From the NCBI GenBank assembly GCA_973895155.1, contig OZ316891.1:22333168-22397167 (forward strand): a stretch of 64,000 nt of DNA, given 5' to 3'. The position numbers and the translations under genes were made by a program. This stretch comes from Marsupella aquatica. Taxonomy: Eukaryota > Plantae > Marchantiophyta. Position 1 is the first letter of the stretch; each line of letters starts with the position of its first letter. A model generated the notes under the pieces. That model was given only the letters and a program-made list of their open reading frames with translations, was not told where the DNA came from and did not search any database. Below, piece by piece: positions 22,657 through 34,700 of this stretch.

Positions 22657-25450
22657 ATGAGCTTCCTTGTAAGGCAGCAGCGTTCATTAGCCACGCGGGC
22701 CTCGTCGCTGATATATACCCGCTTATCTTCTTCAGCAGCTTCTGCGGACGTCTGCAAGTCGGATTCCTCAGTATGTGTCTCATTTCATGAATCCCGTCTT
22801 TCGTCACCATATTTGCCAATACTGTTGTGACATTGCTAGATTGGATGGCTAAGGCCAGACACAGCTACGAGAGAGCAAATCATGACAAACTGAAACAGAA
22901 TCCTGGCTTACCTGATGGACATATTCGCCTAAAAAATAATTAAAAATGCCTTTTTACACTTCACAGACGTTTGGTACTACTGCGATTCGGTTGTGTAAAT
23001 TTCTCTACGAAGGAAGGGTTAAAAGCACTTTATATCCAGCGAATAACGAATGCTTATTTTCCATAACTGTTGTGGTTTAGAGACCACGGATCCCACGATG
23101 ACTGTAAAATTGGCAGGCGGGACAGCTTTGTGAGCATGAAACTTTCACAACCGCTGACTAATTTTTTAATGACTTTTCATTTTCTTGGAATTTCCAGGAG
23201 CATGGCGCGGGCAGTGACAACAGAAGAAACCAAGGGGCGCCAAGCGTAACCTCATCTCTTGAATATCAAACGTCAGCAGCCATTATGCCACGGATGGTTG
23301 GTGGTAAGCTATACCACAGTGCCTCGCTTGCCCACAGCCCTGAACCTGAAAGCGAATCCCCCATCGATGATACTTTCACTCATATGGAAGGTCGGGGTTC
23401 CACTCATTTGTCCGCATCTACGTCACAGCACCATTTCGAAGAAGCCATTGTTTCTGATATGTTGGTGGACAGTCATGGAAGGCGCCACAATTACCTGAGA
23501 ATCTCTCTCACTGAGCGTTGCAATCTGCGATGCAAGTATTGTATGCCTGCTGAAGGTGTCGAGCTAACAGCGAGTGAAAATCTTCTGGCCAAAACCGAGA
23601 TCTTGCGCTTGGCAAGTATATTTGTTTCAGGAGGAGTGAGTAAAATTAGGTTGACAGGTGGGGAGCCAACCGTAAGGTCAGACATCGAGGATATATGTGA
23701 ACAACTGAGTTCACTACCAGGATTAAAGACTCTAGGAATTACCACAAACGGATTAGTTCTGGCACGGAAGCTCCCCAGATTGAAGGCTGCAGGATTGAAT
23801 TCACTTAATATCAGTTTGGACTCTCTTGTTCCAGCTAAGTTTGAGCTTCTAACGAGACGAAAGGGTCATGCCAAGGTCCTTCGGTCCATCGAAACGGCTT
23901 TGGAGTTGGGTTACAATCCAGTGAAGGTACTCCTCTCATTTAAGCCCATTGGACTCGGTCTCATTAATGCTGACAATGAGATTTTGTACCGAAGGGTATG
24001 GTAGTAAAGGTCACAATGTCAGTTGATTTCTGTGCACATATTTCGAGTGTCACTTTACAAGTTCATCTGAACTGGTTATATGATACCAAATCCATTCCTT
24101 GCACGGAAAAAGATTACTTTAGAGGGCTGTGCGGATCACCCTTTTCAATTTGTGAAATTGAGGCTTTCTTCGTGCACGAGTAATGAGTGGGGAGCCGGTT
24201 TCAAGTCTTTACCCCCGGGTGCCTTTTGTGACAGGTCAATATTGTTGTGATGCGGGGATTCAATGATGATGAACTTGAAGATTTTGTTGAGTTGACGAGA
24301 ACGAAGCCCATAAATGTGCGTTTTATTGAGTTTATGCCGTTCGATGGAAATGTTTGGAGCTCAAAGAAATTAGTGTCATACATGGAGATGCTTGGAAGGC
24401 TGGTAAGTGCCATTTGAGGTTTACGATTTACAAATGTTGCTGATTATTCGAGAGGATTAGAAAATCTACCTGTTTTTGGTTTTTCCTCCGTTCAACGGTC
24501 AACTGTTTGCATGAGCATACCCACAAGCAAAGGGCACACCTTTCACCAAGAGTGTGTGGATAAATCAGTGGCATCCTTTGTTTTTATGCAGAAAGACAAG
24601 TATCCTAGTCTGACGAGACTCCGAGATCATCCAAGTGAGGTTGCAAAGAATTTCCAGGTGGATGGATTTGTGGGCACAGTTTCTTTCATAACATCAATGA
24701 CAGAACATTTTTGTGGCGGGTGCAACAGACTACGGCTAATGGCCGATGGCAACTTCAAAGTTTGCCTTTTTGGTCCTGCTGAGGTGGGTATCCTCACCTT
24801 GTTTGTCTTCTGCATACGTTGTCGAAATATGGATGGCAGACCGAGTTATGTTTATGTCCTGATCTTTGCATGCAATATCATAGAGATTTATTACAATCTT
24901 TGGTTGCCTAGCATTTTCCATCCATGTCAGCTTTAACTTGCTCGTGTCCTGTTAATAAGATATCCTATGTAAGCAAGGAGAATCATCTAGTCCTGACACT
25001 CCTGACGGTGATGATTTTTTTGGCTTCACAGGTCAGTTTGAGGGATGCAATGCGAGTTGGGCTGGATGACTCTCATTTAAGGGGTATAATCAATGATGCA
25101 GTACGTTCAGCGTCCTTACCTGTTGTTGGATGTTCACCTCGATTCCTGCCACTGCTCGCACTAATCTAGAACAGAATTTGAGGTGCTTTTAAATGCATAA
25201 TTGATTCTAGTGTTTTCTGACGCGTGCCTTCCTTTTGGGATCCTCGACGATTCCTGCCACTGCTCGCACTAATCTAGAACAGAATTTGAGGTGCTTTTAA
25301 ATGCATAATTGATTCTAGTGTTTTCTGACGCGTGCCTTCCTTTTGGGATCCTCGACGTCGTCGCAGGTTAAGAGGAAAAAAGCTGCTCATGCTGGCATGT
25401 TTGATTTGGCTAAAACACAGAATCGGCCCATGATACATATCGGAGGGTGA
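22657..25450 (+). CDS. CNX2: GTP 3',8-cyclase (molybdenum cofactor biosynthesis, MoaA/MOCS1A homolog), mitochondrial, 6 exons
   Basis: Exons 22657-22770, 23198-23926, 24235-24402, 24592-24783, 25032-25100, 25367-25450 (451 aa). Exon 1 [25 protein letters not shown] looks like a mitochondrial presequence. Radical-SAM motif [42 protein letters not shown]...KVCLF and C-terminal RPMIHIGG*. Confidence 0.95.
25140..25357. repeat. Perfect 108 bp tandem duplication in the last CNX2 intron
   Basis: cgattcctgccactgctcgcactaatc...ttttgggatcctcga starts at 25140 and 25248; the copies appear identical. Confidence 0.95.
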
Positions 25451-27093
25451 TGTGTCCCGGTATGCCCTTTTTTCTCTAGGTACAATGAACTGAGTATTGC
25501 TTTATTTACTCGAGGTTTTGTTGTTATCCTTTCAACTTCTTATTCTAGCGTGCTGTGGATGCAAGAACAAAATGCCAATCCACAGCGAAAGCAATGAACT
25601 CGAGAGGAAAAAACAAGCAAACGGTTCAAGCCAGTATTAGTTACCTGAAATGTTCGTTCCGTGCAGTGCATTGCAGTCTCATATAGCGATTCATGGAGAG
25701 CACCTATTTGATTAAACCTTCGGTACTCTTGCATAGAAGCCCCGACGCTCTCCTAATCGAAACAGCTGTCGGTCAGAAGATATACACTATGTTCATCGTC
25801 TTCCTCTGGTGGGTATCTTCTTTAAGCCCTGCAATACTATTCACCATTTGCTCGTCTGGGAATCCCATCTTTTTCGGAACAGACCAAGTCTGGAGGTCTT
25901 TGGTGTGCTATCATTTGAATTTGAATGCCCATTCTCTTCCTTTCTCCGTATCTAGTGCTGTTTGTGGCTCTCAGATATTTGCATAGCAGGGACAAGAATC
26001 ATCAAGGCATTGTAATTCAAATGAGGCATTCGCCAACGAGATATGCAAGCGGGAAGACAAGCATATATCTTGGGCTACAGGAGCACCCTGCAGAACTTTG
26101 ATTTCAAGATGAGGGAACCATATGACACCCACTGCTTCCGAATGAAGATGGGTATGTAAGGGGTGTCAATGCTACCTTAAGATTATTTTACGTCGAGGTA
26201 GTTTAAAAGGCCAAGTTTACAGCCAAGAAGCTTCGTAGTGGAATGCAGTGGACTTCAGTATTGTACTGTTGAATGGATGAGGCAACAATCAAACATTTTT
26301 GTGAGTTGTGAAATCCGAAAAATGAAACTTTATCGTGAGAACATGTTTTCAAAAGAGTGCGCCCCTCGTGAGAATGGATGTCTGTCTTTGTCAGGAAGGA
26401 TGGTACCGAGGTCACAGACGTACACTGATGGATATGTCGCGGTGAAGTCCAAGAGCCCCACGTCTGAATCTTTTGAGATGAAAATCAATTTCCGCGATTA
26501 GTGGGACGAGATGTCCCTAATAGTGAGGGGAAAAGAATTCATAGCGTCGGATGTAAACTTGTTCATCGATGGAATACAACAGAATTGGAAGATATGTGAC
26601 TAACGCTGGTCTTTACACTACCTCAAAATCAGGAAAGGTTGCGAGATATGTAGATTCCAAAGCTCTCGCCAACCCCTTCGGCTTGGCATAAGCCATGGTG
26701 AGGTTTACAAGCCGTATGTTGTACACTTGTTATTTTTGGTAAATCAAATTGATGGTTTTCGGCCAGATTGAGACTGGTCCTTGTACCTGAAAGTTTGTTG
26801 GTGTCAACTCCGAAATCTTTCAGGTACAAGGACCAGTCTCAGACTGAGCAGTAATGTTCACAACAAAAAATGAGCAAAAGTTTGCACTTTATCCTGACTA
26901 TACTTCTAGTATACTTCTCCCCTCGAGGATCAACCTTCTACCTCCTCAGATTAAGCTCACTCAATTTTTTTCCCAAAATATCAAACACATCGTGATAGTA
27001 TAGCGTTTGACAACCTCAAGTCAAAACTCTGCAACCCCGCACTGTTGCTAGATTCTACTTAGACAACATTCTCGAGGCTAACGGCCACGATGA

Positions 27094-28206
27094 CTAGAGC
27101 TCTCCATACCACTCCTTGTGAAATTGAGATAGAAAATTTTCCATGAACTTGTGTCTTCTTTCTGCACGCTTCTTACCTGCCTGAGTCTTCATCAGATGTT
27201 TTAATTTGAGAAGCTTTTCATGAAAGTGATTGATGGTAGTTTGCTTCGACGTGTTGTTCATGTACTCGTCTTTCGTCAACTTCGAGCGTGGAAGAATTGC
27301 AGGGTCATGCATAGCATTATTTCTGCTACCTCCATACGTGAAGGTTCTTCCTATTCCAATTGCACCCATTGCATCCAGGCGGTCAGCATCTTGCACAACT
27401 CTAAGCTCTGGAACACACGTCTGATTTGATGAACCAGATAACTCTTCCTTAAACCCCATGGTCCGGATGATAGTCAAGACAGTCTCCCGCTTTTCAGTCT
27501 CAACTCCATACTTGACGAGGAACTCTTCTGCTGTTGGAAAGTCTCTTGGACCCTTTGAAGCATATTTGTGGTCATCTGCAGGGCAATGAAGATGCTGTTA
27601 GCAGTCCAAAGTCTTTCACCGACAAAAGACAGAAAACAGCAATGAGCTTCAGGGTCTAAATCCATCCATAGCATAATGCAACCGGTCCATCCATCCACCC
27701 ATCAAGCTATGGAGCTCACCGATATCATGCAACAGAGCCGCAAGCTCCACGACGTACAAACTATCGGAGGGGAGGCCTTCTTCAGACGCGAGAGAAAGAG
27801 AAAGGCTGCGAACGCGGAAGGCATGGAATGGGTCGTGCGAGCCATCCCAGGATCCCATCACGTTTTGGACTAGAGCTTCCGCCGCTGCCACCACCGCTTC
27901 CTTCGTCTTGACTGCCTCCCCATCCTTCACAGCAGCAGTACGCCGGCCGTTTTGAGGCTCGTGCTGCTGTTGGGCTTTCGCTTTGGTCTCCGCATTCCGT
28001 CTGAAAGAGTAGTCCGCGCACTCGGGTGAGGAATTGCTCGCATTGACGCAGTCGGAGAGCACCTCCTCCGCATCAGGAGTCATTGCTGCCTCCATCGCAA
28101 TGCAATTCTCTTCGACTCGCTCCGTCCCAGGTTCTTCACGTCGTGTCGTGGAACGGTCATCGCTGGCTCGAATTGGATTGCCGAAGGCCAGAATCTGTTC
28201 CAGCAT
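27094..28206 (-). CDS. HD-domain metal-dependent phosphohydrolase (YpgQ-like), 2 exons
   Basis: Exons 28206 (or 28095)-27720 and 27575-27094 (up to 322 aa). Motifs WDGSHDPFHAFRV, VELAALLHDIDDHKY, VVQDADRLDAMGAIGIGRTFTYGG and TINHFHEKLLKLK. Confidence 0.92.
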
Positions 28207-28614
28207 TGCCAGGAGCTTCGCCGTTTCCCGGACTCCGCAAAGTCTGTCAATATCGACTCTTCTTCCATCAGCCGCCGCTCCCTACTACGTCTCTCAAACT
28301 TGCTTTCCATGGGCCCTTTTTATTTTTCATTTATTATTATTTTTATTTTTTCAATAAAACGAGACGGAGCCCGCGAAACTTTCGATGGGCCATTTTTAAC
28401 TAAAATTCGCTACTATTTTTTGTATCACTACTGTAGCCCCATGACCCGTTGCTTGAACTTCAATAAAAGAAAAATTTTGTTCAATAAAATTATGCTGTCA
28501 TCCTTGTTTTTAATCTTCATTTCAGTCTTGTCTTTATTCACATTTTATGTCACTTTTGTACATTCTCATTTAAAATTTTGACCTTATTAAGTCTCATTAT
28601 CAATTTTGTTTACA

Positions 28615-28777
28615 CGAGCCATATGCCAGTGTGTTGCACGGTGCAAAGAGGGCCAGTCCATAGGGAGTCGGACCAGCCCATAGAGAGTTCGGCCGGGGCA
28701 TTTATGGGTCAGGTGGCGAGGGGGTATCATTGAGGTCCCAGGTTCAATCCCCCCACCTACACATTGGGTGTAGAAGA
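28615..28777 (-). mobile_element. Putative miniature non-autonomous Helitron-like element (163 bp)
   Basis: The minus strand reads A|TCTTCTACACCCAATG...CCGTGCAACACACTGGCATATGGCTCG|T: a 5' TC, a subterminal CCGTGCAAC.CAC.GG hairpin, a terminal CTCG (one mismatch from CTAG), and insertion between A and T without TSD. Confidence 0.5.
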
Positions 28778-31700
28778 TATAATTATGTATACACTAAAGT
28801 CCTGTTTGGATGGCACTATGGGATATAGTGCGTCAAACGAAAACGACAATATCTACTCAGCGGGAAGTTTGTTTAAGAACTTCTTGGGTGCGTTGGACAG
28901 CTCTCAAAGAGAAATACTTCCTCTTGATCTAAACAGGGTCTTGGGGTGCCCTTGGTCCTCACATTTTGTAGAGGCTATCTCGCCCGCTTGTCAATCCTCT
29001 CGAAATAGCAACCAAACCGTGTTCAGTTCCCATGGGAGCTTGCGTTAGGGAAGCAATGCAGAATAGGCTTGGGTGTCAAAGTCCAAGTGCATCATGCCCT
29101 AGGACTTCCGGTTGAGTTGGATCCGTGTAGACAATTGCTAGAGTCAGGACCGAGTTGATCCCAAAGCTTGAGACAAGCTTGAAGACAAGCAAGCCAATTG
29201 GGCCATGGGCATGTCATGGAGGAAGGGCAGACAACCAAGGATGCACAGAAAATGGGAAAGCTTGGACGGCATCCGGTAGAGGGGTTGTTCTGAAAGAACT
29301 GTGGGTGTCAACCTTAGCTTCAACTTATGGCAAGGCCACGTTGGCGTGCTTACGAGATTATATCCACTTACCTATTTACTAAAATTGTTGAACTTGAGGC
29401 AAGATAATGGTCTTGGAACCAAGATCAAGAAGAATTACTTACCAATGGGGTCGGTTGCTTGTGCAAACAGTAGGGGCCGTTGAGCGACAGTCGTATTGAG
29501 GAGCATGCAAGGCTTCGTATGAGAGTTGCCACAGGCAATGATAGGGCACCGAGTTGCTTGCCCATAGAGTTTGCGTGGGCATCGGGGCACCAGGAGTACT
29601 TACTTAGGCAGAGGGTACTCGGTTTGGTGAGGTCTACCCCCAGGTCTACTACTCCATCTTTTTCCAGCAATAGCGTGTCTGATTTTCCCAGAGTTTTAAA
29701 ACTTGGATGTTTGGGGCCAACAATTAGATTGGTGCAAGGGCTTTCTAGTAGAGCTTACATATACTAACCAAAATTTGTGGTGCAAAGAAATAAAAGTTTT
29801 CATTGTTCTAGATTTTTTTAGTGAAAGTTAGCAACTTTTGTGTTTGATTGTTTCTTGAAGCCAGGAGGGACCATAGCTCATTTTCTTGACAATGTAAGTT
29901 GTGCGGTGCATGCCATAGCTCAGGCTGCAAGTCAAGATGAGCTGGTCCTTTTGGTACCTGGTTTGCTAATGCTTGCAGACTGACCGTGAAGGAACGAGCA
30001 TAATAAATGTTATGGTTTGTTGCCAAGCTATGGTGAGTGTTTGTCTTTGCCTGAAATCTGTTTTCAATGTCACATAGAACTCAAGGGGAGAAATGCAAAG
30101 TGCTATTGCTCAACAAACTAATCATGGGGCGACAATCATTTTGAGTCTAAGATTGACACTTGAGACTTGGGGGGTTAACTTAATGTATATTTTGGGGTAT
30201 CATCTTGGGGGCCTCAATCCAAGAGATGTCTCATATTAGGCGCAAAGTGTTGGGGGAATAAAACACCCTAAAACTTAAGTCAATAAAGTTTCTTGGGGGG
30301 ATTTTTCATCCCTAACTTAATGGAATATTCCCAATTTTGATTTAAAAAAGCCCTGCAATTCTTATAATTTTCAAAATTGGATTAAAATAACCCTAATGTT
30401 CTTCAACACAAATTTAAAAGTATTTTACTAAACCCAATAAAAAACCCTATACTTATTCGCGCATGATGGGTTGGAAGAAAAGAAGTGAGGACCCCGGGGG
30501 TATCATGTGATATGCTACCCGAATATTAATACTCCTATCTTATAAAGAAAATATTCTAAGATTATTTGTCATTTTCAATATTAATTGCCTAGTTTGGATT
30601 GCACATGAGCCCTACAATTTTTGGTGGTCAAACCCTGAGACTTGACACATAGAAAACGGCAAAAGGTTTTTCTTTGCTGGACCTGTTGATGACACGCTGT
30701 GATTTGACTACATCTATTTGTTGATGATCATCCTCTTTTCTTGACAAAACAGAACGGCAAGCTTTCTTTTGAAAAGACAGAATTTTGTTTTTGGTTACTA
30801 TAAGGCCTATTGTGTGTGTATACCCCAATTTACCCCCATTGTCACGCATAGGACATCACCCCGTCCTCCTACAAATTTTTGCCCCTTGCATCCTCCCTGT
30901 TGTCATCTTCCTCCTGCCCTGGTGATTCCTCCTCCGTTCCGCCCATCTGTCTACTCCTCTTGGCAGCGGTTGCCGGTTTGAGACCCTTGTCGCCTGTACG
31001 CGGTTGTGACCTTGCCGTGGTATGCACGTACCCTTGTCAGTCCCTTATACCGCACTTTTATTTGTAAGGAGTTTACCAGGCCCCTTTAGGCCCCATTTTC
31101 CCCCATTTTCCTGCTTTTCCATTGGTTCCTGCTCTTTGCCGCCCCTGGCCACCCTCAAATTTAGACTGCCCATAGGAGGAACGGCCCCTATGTTAGGATC
31201 ATTCCACAGTTTGTGTCAGATTCCAAAAAAATAGAGAACTTGTTTCTGGCTGTTTTTGCCAGATAAATACTAACATTTTGCATTTAAAGTTGGCATAGAG
31301 ATACCCACTGGAGGTTGCAATGTTGTGCATCAATCGATTTACATTTTTTACATTGACACGTTTCTTACATTTTTGTCATTCCTGGGGGTGGTCAAAACGG
31401 GGGAGCAGGTATAAATTTCTAAGGTTTTACCCATTCCAAGTGAAAAGTGATTAAGTTTTACATCTGAACTTGGTTTCAATTCAGATTTTCTGTGTTGGAT
31501 AGCTACACTTGTGAGCTATGCGGTGGTGATTGATTCCAAGTGTGTTTAATAGTCAAGTCAAAGGTCATTTTTCCTTATCACTCATGTAAGTGCTTTGGAG
31601 GAGACTTGGCAGATCAAAGACGGTGAAGAGTCAGACTTGCTTTGAGGTTTGGACAAAGATTTTTAAGCACAAGAGACTCCATAGCGGCCATTGGAGGAAG

Positions 31701-34700
31701 AAGAAGTGTTCTTACTGGAACGGCTAGTGCTGGAAGAAGTGCTAACACCGGAGCTGCTGAAGGTGGTAACGAAGAAGTTGGGCACTATCAAGTTTGCAGT
31801 TACAATGACAGTATCACCAAGGAAGGAAATTCCAATAGTTCCCTCCTGACAAATGTATCCCAACATCAAATCAGCTGTAGATCAATCTGGACCATTACAT
31901 CTTGCAAATATCCCCTGAGACTGAAGCAAATAATAGCATCTAGGTCTAGTGTTCTCCCCAAATTTGCATTATATTTTGGCTGCTTCATGGGACCTGCCCC
32001 TGAAGCAACTGCCCTTATGAGTGGTAGGGTTCCCTTAGTTTCCCAAACAGAACTGTCAATTCCTTGCATGAACTATTTTTTGGGTGAAAGAGTACTGGGC
32101 CCGTCCCGTTTTCAAACTACTCCATATACTAATTGTCAGTAAAAAGTGGCAATCATGAGAAAGAAATTACTTTGACATATATACATTGAACTTGAGCTAA
32201 GTGCCAAAGTGCAAAACTCGGTTTATTGCACGGTGGGCATTTCTCCAAAAAGATCCCAACCATTTTGTATGATTTTTAAATCCATAGAGATCTCACTACA
32301 TGGTCAATTTGTAAGTGCAACGCTCTACAACATTTTGCATACACTTACTCATAAATACATAAACCTGATTTTTTACTTCGAGTGTTTGCAGTTTTTCTGG
32401 AGTGTTTATGTTGCAATTGTAGAGTTGTCTAGTTTTACAAAGAGCTCAAGCCCTGAACTTACTGATTAGTGCAAAAATAACTGAGACATGCACTTATCAA
32501 CAAGTGCACAGGTGGGGGGTCGAGTGGGAAGTGTGCACTTTTCAAGAGTTCACTATGCAACCATTCTCCATCCATTGGGACTAGTGGACGAATGTGATCT
32601 TGGGTGGACATGGGTTTTGAGATTGCCTTCCCATTATTGAGGGTAGTCTATTTTCCCCCTTTCTAACCAAGGCTCTAAAATAGAGACAGAAAGGCATCTT
32701 ATTTATAAAGCACCAACTACAAGCTAGAGTTGTGGCCTAGGATTCTAGAGTGAAGTCTCTAGATCATAATTCCATGGCTCATCACACATGATGGGAAAAC
32801 TCATGACTATAATGTATGTCAAATGATAGTCATGCATGCTTTTTGTCATGATTCTATTTGCATTAAAACAATGGGTTCTATGCCCCACCATAACATATGT
32901 GCATAGAAAAGAGTATGTTATGTCATGTATGATTATTAAAATAACATACATGATAATTTTTTTATCATTCAAAAAATGTGAGTAAGGTATATATTTTGGT
33001 GATATTTTCATTGTCCTCCCCTCTATTCACGTTCCAAGAAGGGGTAGTAGGGGCTAGTCCTCTCTCTTCCCCAAGCCCCACACAATGCAAGTCAGACATC
33101 TATGAAAAGAAAATGGCAGCCTGTGAATAAAGGCCAATAATTGGCAAACAAAGGGGCCCACTATTGGCTCCTTGTGGATGCAAAGCAATCAAGAGAGCAA
33201 CCTCGTTCCATTATGGGAGGATAGGGAAACCCGACCAATTTGTTAAAAAGTGCCAAACAAAATATAAAGGAGTAATAGCAAAAGAGGTAGAGAGAGAGTA
33301 CGAAACTCAAAAGAAGAGTACAAATGCAAACCCCAAAAACACATGGAAGGAGGAAAACCCAAGAATTAAATATGAAAGGGAAAGGAAGAGAATGGACTCA
33401 ATTGAAAAGGAAGTGGGAAGGGTGTCACTGCAACTTTAATTTTATGGTTTTGTCATTTTCACCAGAATTCCCTATAATGATTTCTGGCAGTCAGCTCTCT
33501 CCTGGATTTAAGGATGACCATTAGATTCTTGCTAATGGGGTTCTTGGCTGAGTGAGAAACTGTCGACAAAAGCCTCGTAAATTCTTGTCAGAAATGATAA
33601 ATACTTTTCTAGATGTAATCTAGCAAATTTTGGCCGCTGAAAAAAACTCTTGTTCAGGGCTTGGTAGCTACGGCCATTGCTAATGAATTACAGCCATCAG
33701 AATTGACACCCTCAGCAATAAAATAAAGCGTAATACCTCATTCGGAAGTTACCACAGAACTTACCACGGAACCCGACCGTTGCGCGTTCAAGTCGAAAAA
33801 CAGAGGGAAAACGAAAGTACCTTGCGGAACCCTGGCCAACGCCGTCGCGCCAGCAAAGCATTGTCCCTCCCATCGCACACTGTACAGAAGAGTCTTTGGC
33901 TCTTTGCCAGTTTGCCTGCCTTGTGCCTACCCACCGGAGGACATTGATGTCGACCGCACTCCAGTCCTGTGCTCCTGTAGGGATCGAGAGACCCTCTCCG
34001 ACCCATGTGGTCCGAGACCGCACGTCACCGTGAGATGCGATAATATACATGTGGGCCGTCGATCCTACGCGTGTTTTCTTCGAGAGTCGTCGATTACTCC
34101 CTGGTTCGAACCAATGGAGTGGGGCCAGTCAAGCCAGGACGGGTAGGAAGGTCGTTCCCTTGCCAGCAGGTGGACTGCTGTTGCCGGAGTAGGGTCCACC
34201 GACGCCGCCCTCGTCCCTTCTGCCTGCCCTTCGTCGTACTGGTCCTTTGGACCTTTGGATCCCCAATCATTCTCGCTGTTTTCCTTTCTTATTAAATGAT
34301 GTTGAATATTTACCCTTTTTATTCCTCAGGCATCTCCAGCGGGTTTCTGGCTTTAGGCCATTACGGCTAATGTTAACTGGCTGGTTTAGAGACCTTAGAG
34401 ACCTTGAAAAGCTGAATTTTCCTGGAAAGAAAAAATAAAGGATTCCTAAAAAGCTCTTTATATGGAGTGCACCAGGATGGCAAATAGTGGGCTCAGGTAA
34501 ATGCTGCAGTGGAGTGTTTATTATATTTAGAATTTCCAAAGTTGAGCTTATTCATTAAAGAGATTCAATTATTGAAGTTCATTTAAAAAAATCTTTGGTC
34601 TACATCTATGCTTAGAACAAGAAGTGGCCTTCAAGTATGTTCTGGTGAAAAGAAATCACAAGTGTTCCACATCTTTCGAAGCCACTTTGAATGTATGTGT

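Noticed and set aside
24784-24800. GTATCCT U12-type donor-like motif in CNX2 intron 4
   Set aside because: It lies 4 nt inside the intron; only the upstream GT (GAG|GTGGGT) keeps the frame, so this is a normal U2 intron.
28800-30100. Possible decayed transposon coding region
   Set aside because: Composition is suggestive, but no RT, integrase, transposase or helicase motif could be read in any frame.
31642-32142. 166-aa ORF
   Set aside because: Starts at TTG, has no motif or family similarity and no supporting splice structure.
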